Shown here piece after piece: positions 52,630-64,000 of a stretch of DNA of 64,000 bases. The notes beneath the pieces are model-generated. The model ran no database searches. It had not been told where the DNA came from and saw nothing but the letters and a program-made list of their open reading frames with translations. The position numbers and the translations under genes are program-made. The DNA is taken from contig NC_092676.1 of NCBI RefSeq assembly GCF_964355755.1, positions 17,192,871 to 17,256,870 of the forward strand, in the 5' to 3' direction. How positions within the stretch are numbered: the first letter of the stretch is position 1; every line of letters begins with the position of its first letter. The stretch is from Antedon mediterranea (Eukaryota > Animalia > Echinodermata).

Positions 52630-55600
52630 ATGGACAGAAAAAGAAATATAACATGGAAAGCTCGAGCTCGTTCAATTGGTTCTCTAGATTTTCAAATACT
52701 TCGTAGAAGCATTATTGGTAAGTAAATATAGCCTAATTTGAGATGAATTTCCAAGATTGAATCAAGTTTGTTCATTTTTTGGCAGCAGCTCACCTGGCCT
52801 CAGAAGGCTGCTACACTACAGTTGTTAAGTTTGAAGAAGAATGAAAAGCTACTAAGGCCTAGGCCTAGAATGTAGCCTAGTTATGCGAAAAAACTACAGA
52901 TTATGAAACTTGTACCGCCTAAAACCCTTCCTCTATTTTTTTCTATCTGCATGGTAAACATTTAATAAAGTAAATTAAGTTTCTGTTTCTGGCACGGTCA
53001 ACCATGCGATGCATGTATGTATTATTAATATTTTCCATCACCCCACAGTCAATATTTGGTGTGCAGGCACTGCATAAAATAAAATTGTTCATTATATCCT
53101 TTTGACCACGGTAGTCTATGCATCTTCATACTGTAAAAATATAGTTATTATTCATGATTTGCGTAATTTCAAATTGCACAAGGATTTTGATTTTTTTTCT
53201 TTGCACTTTTAATATTTTCCAAAGGAATATGTATGTATGTATGTATGTATGTAAAAGAATGTCTGCACACTTTGAACAGGAAATAACAAAGAATGAACAG
53301 AAGATCACTAGCTATACATGGATTGAATACTTACAAATAAATAATCCTTTTTAATTTCCATTTATATTTTATAATTACTGCTTATTTTTAAAATAAAGTT
53401 TTTATTTTGGCCACATAATTATTATTACCATACCATGATATCTCAATCAAACAAACAATAAAGGAAAGAAAAGTAAAATGACCACGACCACCAGGAAGAC
53501 CCAAAGATTTAACTGGATGAACCAAATATAAAAAAAAGCATTTATAAAGGAAAAAATAGATAGTAGCACAAACAAACCATCCTGCGCTAAACAGATTTTT
53601 AATATTTTTATTTTTTAATGTTTTTATCAATCAGGAGATGCTAATTTTGTCCAAAGATTGAAGCTTGACACAAAGCTAGCTGTTCACTCTGGTTGTGTAA
53701 GTATACTCAACTCTAGCAACATTGTCAGCATAAACAACATTGAAAGAGAAAAGTCGAATAAACAACTTTCCTGTTGACTGAAGAGTACAGCTCCAGGGGC
53801 AGATCCAGAGGATTGTTCTTCCCTCCTCTCTAAAGCTCTAACTCCACTTCCAATCCATGACACAATGAAAGTGGAAGATAAAGCCTGTCTTGAGTTTAGT
53901 TATAACCAGAATTGTGCTTCGGTGTCCAAGGAATCATTACCTAGACAATGGATGTCTGCTGTCAAATTCTTGCAAATTTATTAACTATTGATCTTTATTA
54001 TTTTACAAAATGTACATTAAAAATTGATTTCTTTACAGGTTAACAGTATATGTTGGAGTGAGAATGGGGAAACCATTTTATCAGGATCAGATGACAAACA
54101 CCTGGTTGTAACAAATGGCCACACTAGGACGAAGGTTGCCTCAATTATATCAGGACATAGAGCCAATATATTCTGTGCTAAATACATTCCTGTATCCCGG
54201 AATAAGCTGGTAATATAATACTCTACAATAAACAAATTTAGTTAAAGGATTTAGATTTGGTTTCCCATAATTTAGGATATGCAAGGATGTATCCAATTCC
54301 ATTGAGTGAGTGAGTGACTGAGTGGTTAAGACAGTGGAATCGTAATTACGCAGCCATAACATTGGTAAGAGTTCAAGCCTCACTCACTCTATGGTTCTGG
54401 TGGTAGATTAAGCCTTGGATAAGGGCTATATACCGTACTGTAGGTGTACTCATCTAGCTCATGTGCACTTTAAAGTACCTAGTACATCTTTCGAGTCGAG
54501 TAGGGAGTTACCCCGGTGTACTAGTACATCACAGCCACTGATCACATGTGCTCTCTGGGAGACCAGTCTTTGATTGAAGAGGTTGCCCAGTACAGTATAA
54601 ATAAATGATAAACAATAATAACAAACAATTTGACCAATTACAGCTCATCTAAACTCTGCTGCAAGGTCACTCTGTAGCAAATGCTAATTTACACACATGA
54701 TGAATTGTGCCTATAGTTTATCATGCAGATAGTCTCATCCCTCTGGATTTACTATCCCTTACTGGGTTATTACATGGTTAGTGATACCACTTTTCAAGGA
54801 ACAATAGGTTGCACATATCGGGCAAAAGTAAATTTCTTTCCTGTTGATAATGGTCTGAAGCTTTATGTGACACAAAAATGTGATGTCACCATATATGGAC
54901 ATGATGATGTCATATTACTACCATATTTGGGCACATCACACTTTTTTTTGTCAAACTAGTTTTGTTTTTTGTTTCCTTAGGTTGTATCATGTTCAGGAGA
55001 TGGTATATTGGCATTTAATGAGTTGGAGAGAGAAGATACTCATGGTCTCAACATGTTCAATTGCCACTATGGTACTGTATATGAGGTACTGTATTTGGAT
55101 GACTTTTGATTTGTTTGTATGCCTGATGTGTTGATACTTGCAGTACTGTAACATTTATTGACATTGTGTATAAACTTCCAGCTGGAACAAATTTCAAATA
55201 TAAGTAAAAGATGAAATTAAAATGATAATATATAGGGTATATTGAATGATCACACAAAATGTCTATAATTATATTAAAATTGCTTTAATTTAGCTGGCAA
55301 CAATACCTCAGGACCCTCACGCTTTCATTTCCAGTGGTGAAGATGGCACAGTACGATTATTTGATTTACGAATGAAAACCAATTGTAATAAGGATGAGTG
55401 TAGAGAGGTAGTGTTCTTATTTTTCTATAAATAAATGTACGTTACTAAAAGTCTAAATGTCATTTGTAGTCAGGTATTTGAGGCTTGACCTCATACATAG
55501 ACAAGTCAATCTTTCTCATGAAAATATTCTATCTATTTCACTCATAACTTCGTTATTGTCATTTATCTTCAGGATGTACTTATAAACTGTCGTTGTGCAG

Positions 55601-58600
55601 TTACTTCACTGGCCGTTAATCCAGTGGTTCCATATCATCTTGCCGTTGGTTGTTCTGATAGCTCGATAAGAATATTTGACCGACGAATGCTTGGCACTAA
55701 AGGCTCTGGTATGAGAATCTCTTCTATTGTCAGTTTTAAGAGCACTGTCATCTTTCACAAAATCAGAATCTAACCCAAACTAGCATTTTTTAATCCTATT
55801 GAAATGTGTTATAGGTAACTTTACTGGTCGTGGCATTCATGGCATGTTTAGCAGATTTAGCCCAATACATCTGCAGACTAAGTATTGCAGGCCGACATCT
55901 CTCAGCTACAGTCATGATGGAAGGGAAATGCTTGTAAGCTACTCCTCTGAGTACATCTATTTATTTGGCACTGATGAAAAAGATACATTGATCGAAGAAC
56001 CCGATGAAAGAAAAGCTGATCCTCTATTAGACAAAGATGAAGTAAGTATATAGAGTAGACTGCTACAGTGGAACCACTCCTTTTGGTGTTACCCCTAATC
56101 AGGGAACACCTATATTAATGTGACACTCTAGTATGTCTTTAAGTGGCCTTCCTTTAATTCATTCATTATTATTCTTGTTTCAGATGCCACCAGTTAATCC
56201 TGTCAAAAGGCTACGTGTTAGAGGTGATTGGTCGGATACAGGCCCAACAGCACGCCCTCGTGCTGAAAGTGCAGGTAAGACTATAAATACATTTTTATAA
56301 TTTTAATTAGAAATTAGTTAATGGGTAGTGGCCACATATTTTTATTTTTTGTTTTAGAAACACAGTCTTCACAAAGTGTGATGCAACGGATGTCAGAGCT
56401 CTTTACTAGATGGCTTGAGGATGCTGCCAGTAGCCAACCTTTAGTTCTGCTTGATCTTCCAAGAACATCTATGGATACATCCTTCAGAACTGAAGAACCC
56501 AGAAGACCAAGAGCTGAAAGAGTTGGTCCTGCTCAGAGAGAATCAAGACATTCTGCTGATAGTCAACAATCAACTTCCTTAAGAATGGAGGCATGCTCCT
56601 TAGGTGAAGGAGCAACCTCTATGCCAGAAAGTTCAAGTCAAATAGAAGTTACACAATCTTTAGATAATCAACAACCTAATGAAACACCACTTGATAGAAT
56701 ATCTTCCTCTAAAAAACATTCTGATTGGCAGAGAAAATGCTCAGGTGATACAGACATGCCATCTTCTACAACATTGCCAGCAAAATCTGAAAGTTGTACA
56801 ACAATTGACGATCTTGGTAGTTTTGAGGATAAGAAAAGGAGACGCAGTCAACATAGTTCTGCATCTGAAGGTGCTGCCGAGGAATCTGAAACTTCCAAGG
56901 ACCGTAGTCGTTCCAGACGTAGTAAAAAAGTTTTCAAAGTTGATGATGATGGTGGTGATAAAGATGGTAGTGGCTCTGACAATTCAAGTTCAGATGAATG
57001 CAAAGGAAAGAAAAGTGATAAAAATGAAGGAAAGAAAGTTAAAAATAAATTAGAAAATGAAGTAAAAGACCAAAAAGAAGGAGAAAAGTGTTCTAATGAG
57101 GGTCGTGAAGAAGCAGGTACCAGTAGAAGATGGGTATGCATCACAATTTGATATTATGATTTGATACTTCCTATCATTTGTATAAATTGAGAGTGCATTT
57201 TTAAAAGAAACTTGCCCCAAAGCCTTTGTACTTTTGTATTTTATAGATTTAATTTCTTTAAAAAAAAATTTTCAGGGGATTGGAGAAGCTAGTGATGATG
57301 TGAGTAATTCAAGAGAGGAAGCAAAAGCAGAAAGGTAAGAAAACAAACTATAAATATAACATAAACTCTTGGTTGCATTATATATTTGTGACATCATCAT
57401 CATCCTTCGTTTATCTCTTGTGTTTTTGTTTGATTTTATACATACAGAAAAGTAATCAATTTTGATTTCTAAATTGACTTCATACACATTTTCAACAATT
57501 GTGGAAATACTCTTTTTTTGCAATGCTGGTCCCATTCTCAATTCAAAGATTTGTTATAAATCTCTTTGGTTTGATTTATTAATGGTTCTGACAGCTGTAT
57601 GTTTGACTGCAAGCTCTTGTAAATGCTTCTGATTGGAAATAATAAAGTTTTCTTATGTCTTTGTCAATGATTTCTGTTGAGTTTACTTAAACCATAGAAA
57701 CAACCATAGTATTTTAACAATTGACTCACAATTATCTACGATTCAAATGATTTTTATACTTTCAGAGTGATGAGCAAAGGAGAACGGGTTCGGCAAGCTT
57801 TGCTTGGAAAGGCAAGGGAAGAAAGAGAGAAAGAAAAAGAGCAATTTAGAAACGTGACTTCATTAAAGGTCAAGAGTGTATACAGAGGTCACAGAAACTC
57901 CAGAACAATGGTGAGCAACCGAATAAGGCTACCGTGCATGAAATTTAAAGTTCTTTAAAACCGCATTTTGACTAAGAAGGGACATCACTTTGTTTACTTG
58001 TTTCCGGAGCTCAGCATTGCTGGGTCCGGAGTCGAGGCTAGGCTATGCCTATAAGCCCCTCTTGAAAATTACATCAACTCTTGAATATGGCGCAAATTGT
58101 AAAGGGTGGTTGGACCATGCCCATTCAAGACCTGACTTAAATTGATCTACATCCTGCGATAACGAATTCCATAGTATATATGTGTTGGGCAGTTTGGAAG
58201 CTAACAAGAAAAATGTTTATATTAAAATATCTACTTTTAAATTTAGATCAAAGAATCTGGATTCTGGGGTGATAATCTTGTGCTTAGTGGTTCTGATTGC
58301 GGACATGTGTTCATTTGGGATCGTCATACTACTCAACTGCTCATGCTTCTAGAGGGCGATAGACATGTTGTGAATTGTGTTCAGCCACATCCTTATGAAC
58401 CAAGTTAGTAGTATTTGGTAGATTCGAGTCTTGGAAGTGCAGAAACAAATCTGTATTTTATTTATTTATTTATGTATTTGTGTTCTTTTCATACATTTAA
58501 TACGCATGTACTCTGTTATGAGTGGTGCATGTAGTAAATACAAGGTAAAAAATAAAGGCTAAAGCTTGAATTTAAAAAAAAATCTTCTGTTTGGTTAGCC

Positions 58601-59574
58601 TATAATGATATAAATAATTACTTGAAAATAAATTAAGCTAAACAATAGATAAATAAAAAATAAAATAGTGAAAAAAAACCACTTCTTTGAAAAAACATTA
58701 AACAGGAATAGCAGATTGCAACATGACTAATTATAATATACCTGTCTAATATATATTTACAAGCCATAAATATCACTCACTTTAAATGATACTAATTATA
58801 TAGTTTTTTTTTTACAGTTCTCGCAACAAGTGGTATTGACTATGATATCAAGCTATGGGCACCGTTAGCAGATGAGCCATGTAGGCCTATGAATGCAGAT
58901 GAGGTACGTTAACACATACCGTATGTAAAGTTCTGTCTAGACCATCAAACCAGTTTGACAAAAAAGTGTGATATGCCCAAATATGGCAGTGATATGATGT
59001 TATTGTGTCCATATATGGGCACAGCAGATGTTTCTTTGTCACATAAAGTTTTATAGTGTAGATAGACCTTTATGGAATGTTACAAACAGTGATATACAAC
59101 TGACTGACTAACTAATATTTTCATTTGGGTAGCTATTTGATGGAAGGAATGTTAAACCTTTTTTTAGAACTCATACATATACATTAACAAATTAACATTT
59201 TTATTTGGCAGGTTATGCGTGTGAATGAGTTAATGCTTGAAGAAACGAGAGATACGATAACAGTTCCACCATCGTTCATTTTGCGCATGATGTCAACGCT
59301 GCAAAATTTAAGATCAGGTAAGTATCTTTTGCTTATAAATTCATCATTTAAGACGGATATGGGTTACCACGGTCAACTGGTTCACAAAATAGCCCCTGTG
59401 TCAGGGGGATTAACACCTATCGGATAGGACAGTGATTTATTTACTAATATTGGTACTCCTTGGCCATGTGCCTAAAGACATAAAATAAGAAGTTTTGTTA
59501 ATAACACAAAATTGTTTGTTATAGGTCGAAATCAGCAAACAATGGAATCTTCCAGTAGTGATGATGAATCATGA
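52630..59574 (+). CDS. DCAF6: DDB1- and CUL4-associated factor 6 (IQWD1/NRIP), WD40 protein, 790 aa; exons 52630-52717, 53635-53696, 54039-54209, 54981-55085, 55294-55407, 55573-55708, 55815-56041, 56184-56274, 56358-57133, 57276-57334, 57766-57910, 58247-58403, 58818-58903, 59212-59317, 59525-59574
   Basis: Motifs [115 protein letters not shown] and [15 protein letters not shown] match DCAF6. All introns are GT-AG and the 2373 nt are in frame. Confidence 0.96.
54305..54627 (+). mobile_element. tRNA-derived SINE in DCAF6 intron 3
   Basis: A box TGACTGAGTGG, B box GAGTTCAAGCC, about 300-bp body and an A-rich tail. Confidence 0.75.
54858..54962. mobile_element. Truncated MITE family A copy abutting the DCAF6 exon 4 acceptor
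   Basis: ctttatgtgacacaaaa..tgatgt..ccatatatggacatgatgatgtcat..ctaccatatttgggcac..gtcaaactagttt. Confidence 0.75.
58926..59072. mobile_element. MITE family A copy
   Basis: taaagttctgtctagac ... atagtgtagatagaccttta. Confidence 0.8.
59360..59440 (+). repeat. Dispersed repeat, reverse-complement copy at about 42988-43057
   Basis: aaaatagcccctgtgtcagggg(g)atta vs taatcccctgatacacaggggctatttt. Confidence 0.6.
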
Positions 59575-60628
59575 TGATTTGATAGCCACCATAGAACACA
59601 CACACATACTTATGGTCAAAGTGTTTCTCAAATGTTGAGTCAATCTTGTATACTTACTGACCATGTAAAAAAAATAATAGCAAATTTAGTTTGAGTAATC
59701 TAAAGGCAGTCGTCTATGTTGAGTTTTACTGTATTGAAAACTGAACATTATGTTGTAACAATTATGTTATAACTGATTTGTATTTGCAGTTTTTCTCACA
59801 AGAACCTTTTTAAAACTTCACATAGAGAAATCAATACTGTAGTATAACAACCTTTCATTTTCATGATGTGCCACTAGACTACGTAGCTGTCGAGTTGAAG
59901 CTTGTTCTGTGCATGCTCAGAAAACATGAATGTTATGCTCAATAGCTGCATAGATACATGGTTTTTGTGAAAACGAAAGGTCGCTTTGAAATTGGTTAAA
60001 AAAACATTTCAATACAGTTATGTTCACATAAGAATTGCATAGAATATTTTTTATTTTCTTTAAGAGAATTCCTGTTTACACATACACCACTAAATAAAAA
60101 GGATAAATGCGATAAACTTTGTTGCAACAGTACCTACAAAATTACCTCACAGAAGAATGTGTATGAGTGGAAAAAAAACTTTTTTATTAAAAAAATAATC
60201 CCCACCTTTATAACTGCCAGTTCCTATTGTTTGTATCATGCATATTTTTTTTCTAGTTAGGAGAGTTCAAGAAAAAGGTTTTTATTTTGTTTTTATTAAC
60301 ACAAAAATAGAGGTATAAAAGGACTACAAGTAACTACAAACTGCTTGTTCTGCCAATTTATGTAAATATTTAGAATTATTGATATTATGTGCAATATTAA
60401 CGATGAAATGTTTACAATATAGAAATTATGATATCTGGAAAGCCCAATTTACTTTTATTTATTTGAAACATGCAGTGTTTGTAAAAAAAAGGTATTTATT
60501 TTATATTAATCATGGTTGTTCCACTAAAAAATTGCTGGCTATAACTACTGGAATTAAAACAAGAAATCAAATTCTCTTCCTATTGTAATAGTAATAATGG
60601 CATAGCAGATTGAACTTTTTATAGAATA

Positions 60629-60775
60629 TAAAACTCTGTCTACACTATCAAACTTTATGTGACAACAAAAATTTGATGTGCCCATATACGGGCATGTTGA
60701 TGTTGACGTCATATCACTACCATATTTGGGCACTTTTTTTTGCCAAACTAGTTTGATAGTGTAGACAGAGCTTTA
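60629..60775. mobile_element. MITE family A, best-preserved copy (PIF/Harbinger-like)
   Basis: TIR ctctgtctacactatcaaact / agtttgatagtgtagacagag, flanked by TAA/TTA. Confidence 0.85.
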
Positions 60776-62098
60776 TACTGATTTCCCTTAAAAATAAGTA
60801 GGTCAACATGCCAAATTATTCTATAGCAGTTTACTGCAGTATTTACATTGTTTTAGTGCATGTGATTTCAGTTTGTTTCAAAGTATGAGGCAGTCACTGT
60901 TTTGTGTCCCAAAGCTTTCTAAATAATTACAAACCGGATAAAGAGTATATAAAGTGTAGTTAATTAATAGTATGTCTGTCAATAAGTTTCTGCGATAAAT
61001 AACGGCATCACCTACATTTATTTGTACTTTATTTAAAACACATCTGGCTTGTTACATACATAAAGTCTGCCGCACCCATTGTGAACCCGGACTACCAATC
61101 TTCCTCTTTATTTATGCTGTTTATGCATTACTGTATGTCATTTGATTAATTAATCATGCATAGCAGAGTGTTACTAGCGCCATCGCAGCAGTAAGATTAA
61201 TCTTTACATCCCTATTCAACCTAATGTATGTGCCATCCTGATACTGATCATGTAGTGGGTTATTTTGTACCATTGTAAAATGAATGAATGTGTAAACACA
61301 TGCTCATGTTTAAAACACTTATTTATATCATCTTACATAATAAACTACAACAGTAAAAACATATACACAAAAAGCAGTGAAACACATTCAAATAGAAAGT
61401 TTATTTTAAAAATGCGTTTCTTTTTTGCAAACTGAAATTATGTTAAACACTGTACATGTATATTATCTATAATATGAGCAAAAAAAGTGACAGTTTTCCG
61501 ACCATGTAAAAAAAGAAATTAGTAACTAATTCATTATTAGCTATTATACTGTACTAGGCAGTAGGCTTTGTTGATTTTTACTGAAAACTTTTGTTATATG
61601 TTTTAATCTCCCAGTTAGTTGCTTGCAGCCAAAGGTGCTGATTCGTTTGTATGTGTTTTGGACGCCACCAAGTATTTTAGAAAAAAAACGTAACAGAGTT
61701 CGAGAAGTTGATTTACCCAAATTTGATTGAAAAATGTATAGAAATTACATGCACATTGACTGAACGACCCCCAGTGGCCAACCATAGCAAATTCCTCCTA
61801 TAAATGTTCTTATTCAATATAATTACGATAAATAATACAACATCCTTTACTTTGCTACTATTCATTCAATAGTAAACAATTTAAAGATAATGAAGTGGAA
61901 TGTTTTCTTCTTTTATTTCAAATGCAATAAAGTATTTAAACCAAAATAAGAAAAATGCTGTACTTATTGTTCTTTCTAATAATACAATTCTCTATGTAAT
62001 ACTTTTGGACTTTTTTCAGTAAGACTGAATTACCATAATTCCTGTATAAACAGTCCAGTAAATTTCCCTGGAAAAGTTATGGCCATCACAGAGTAAGT

Positions 62099-62400
62099 TT
62101 AAAGATGTGTTGTCCTCAAAAACATAAAAAAAATTAAGATTAATTAAATCAGATTCTGAAGTGTAAATCACTTCCGGAGAAAAAAAACCGGAAAAAATAA
62201 TGTTTTCACTTATAAAATAACATGATAAATGGTTAAATTTAATCAAAAATCCATTGGCTGGCAGCCAATTTGACCATTTTTTGCTTTAAATTCCATTTTT
62301 TTCAGGTCAATAAATTTGTTTTCGATCCAATTTTTGGTCAAAGTCAATAACTATTATGCGACACTAAAATGGCATATTCAACAACAAAAAATTTAAAAAA
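62099..62400 (+). mobile_element. Kolobok-like element, right end lost
   Basis: TTAA-AGATGTGTTGTCC start; internal homology to 9161-9397 and 27793-28072. Confidence 0.65.
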
Positions 62401-63374
62401 ATCCAGCAGTAAAAGAAAAATCTTGGTTTTCACTTGAACACCGCACCTAACATGCGCAAAGCAAGTGAGTTGACCAAATCACAAGCAAGGTTTTTAGCCC
62501 AAAAAATTCAGTGCTAACGCTATCACTTGGTGAAACTTCACAAACCGATAAATTTGTTTTGCTTTGCACATCTGAGACGGCTCACCGGGACCCAGATAAC
62601 CCTCACGAGCCAAGAATGTCCATGTGCGGACATCAGTAAGATTTCTCTTTCTGAGGTTTTGATTTATACTAAAATAATCCCAGTGCGATTGCAATTGCAA
62701 GTTTATTCATATTCAACTGAAGATTTTAGATGGACCTTTTGGATGCGTCGCCTATCCAACAACAAGTCAGCTATTGCCATGTGAAGACCGATTTGTTTCC
62801 TAAAGGTAGAATTGTTACACTGATCTAGAAGTCAGCTTGGCATACTATAAAATGTGATGTACTATACTAAATACTCTACTATTATACCACCATTACATGT
62901 GCAGGTAAGTTTACAATAAATATTCAATAATTTGAAAATTCCAATAATTATTTTTACCCTTTATCTTTATCATAATATTGTTTTTTGACATACAGTACCC
63001 TGTCCTATCAGTCGTTCTGCTACAGTAGAACCAAACCCAGGATACATCTAATGTACTCAATGAAGTGTTCCTTTATTCTTATAGGGGTTGACCATGGTGT
63101 TAAAACAAGTACTTCCCCCTTGTTCATGTCCTGGATCGGAGAGGATTCTATTGTATTTAACTCACTGTAATTCACATGAACGAAATATTGTAGTCATTTT
63201 TTACTATGTTTTTGTAAGTATGCAATTTTTTAGACAAAGGTTGTACTGTATATCAAACTTTATCCACTAATCTATTATATTATTCATCTACTGTCAACAA
63301 TTCCTTGCAAAGAAACCTTTCGATTTCAACCACACTAGCAGGCGGGTTGCAAGAATATACTAAGATCCCAACTG

Positions 63375-63602
63375 TTATATTTGCTTGTTCTTTGCAGAGC
63401 TTGTTTTTAATCTTGTCAAAATGGGCGTAGTGCTTTTATCAATAACTACATTGCAGATCAAAACCCAGCATGTGATTCCGATGGAACCAGATTGTCCAGT
63501 AGGAAAGGCAAGAACACGAGCCAAAGGAAAGAGCCAGTTCTCGTTCAAGGTAACAATTGGTATTGTACGGTAACACCAAACTAACACCAGAAATCCAAAT
63601 GC
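63375..63602 (-). CDS. Probable terminal coding exon (75 aa) of an unidentified membrane protein whose gene extends beyond the window
   Basis: Strong acceptor tttcctccttttcttgcag and raised GC. Reading AFGFLVLVWCYRTIPIVTLNENWLFPLARVLAFPTGQSGSIGITCWVLICNVVIDK...KNKQI*. Phase 0 is assumed. Confidence 0.6.
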   Translation of the reverse strand, partial: AFGFLVLVWCYRTIPIVTLNENWLFPLARVLAFPTGQSGSIGITCWVLICNVVIDKSTTPILTRLKTSSAKNKQI

Positions 63603-64000
63603 CTGCAAGAAAAGGAGGAAATACAATTTACTTAAAATAGTTGTTTTCATAAAATAATACCAAAGTTACAGTATACCTACCTTGGTAGTATATATTTTAC
63701 ACACACAGGTAAATTCTTTTCATTTGATTGGTGGACAATTGTGGGTCACATAACATAAAGTAAATGGCACTCTATGTACAACGTATGTTCATTTTTGTTA
63801 CACGGGGAGCAACCACACACAAGACAGGTGGTCTGATGATGATTGATCATGTTCCGTCAACTTGTAGTGTGCTTTGTCTACAATTTTTCTACTCCGCGTC
63901 ATAAATTGGAGAGCGTTGCCCATTCGAATGGGTTAAAAATAATAATGAATGTTTCATTTCATTAGGTAAATATATATATAATTTTTTATTTAGAAATGTA

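Noticed and set aside
54305-54390. tRNA gene
   Set aside because: A and B boxes are present but there is no clean cloverleaf, and it continues into a SINE body and tail.
56679-57144. Overlapping alternative-frame and antisense ORFs
   Set aside because: Shadows of the low-complexity DCAF6 exon 9.
63385-63573. Plus-strand 62-aa ORF
   Set aside because: Antisense shadow; the minus strand has the strong acceptor.

Overview
AT-rich (roughly 30% GC by eye) animal genomic DNA with spliceosomal GT-AG introns. It is not prokaryotic, so most ORF-track entries are noise or single exons. The host is probably a marine invertebrate, possibly a deuterostome; this is inferred from repeat content and gene similarity and is not proven. 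Two genes can be reconstructed exon by exon with consistent phases: MPC2 (minus strand, 5 coding exons, 154 aa) and DCAF6 (plus strand, 15 coding exons, 790 aa). They sit head-to-head with ATGs about 1 kb apart, as in human. A third gene, near 2.9-3.4 kb, encodes an apparently orphan 55-aa secreted precursor: signal peptide, acidic spacer, KR, then RPSRT-RPSRT-G-stop, predicting an amidated cationic decapeptide. This is the most novel item. The last exon of an unidentified membrane-protein gene enters from the right edge. The rest is gene-poor and rich in non-autonomous transposons (Harbinger-like MITEs, Kolobok-like TTAA elements, Helentron/DINE-like elements, long-TIR foldbacks), LINE and SINE relics and local duplications. 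The palindrome TAGGCCTA is strongly over-represented.
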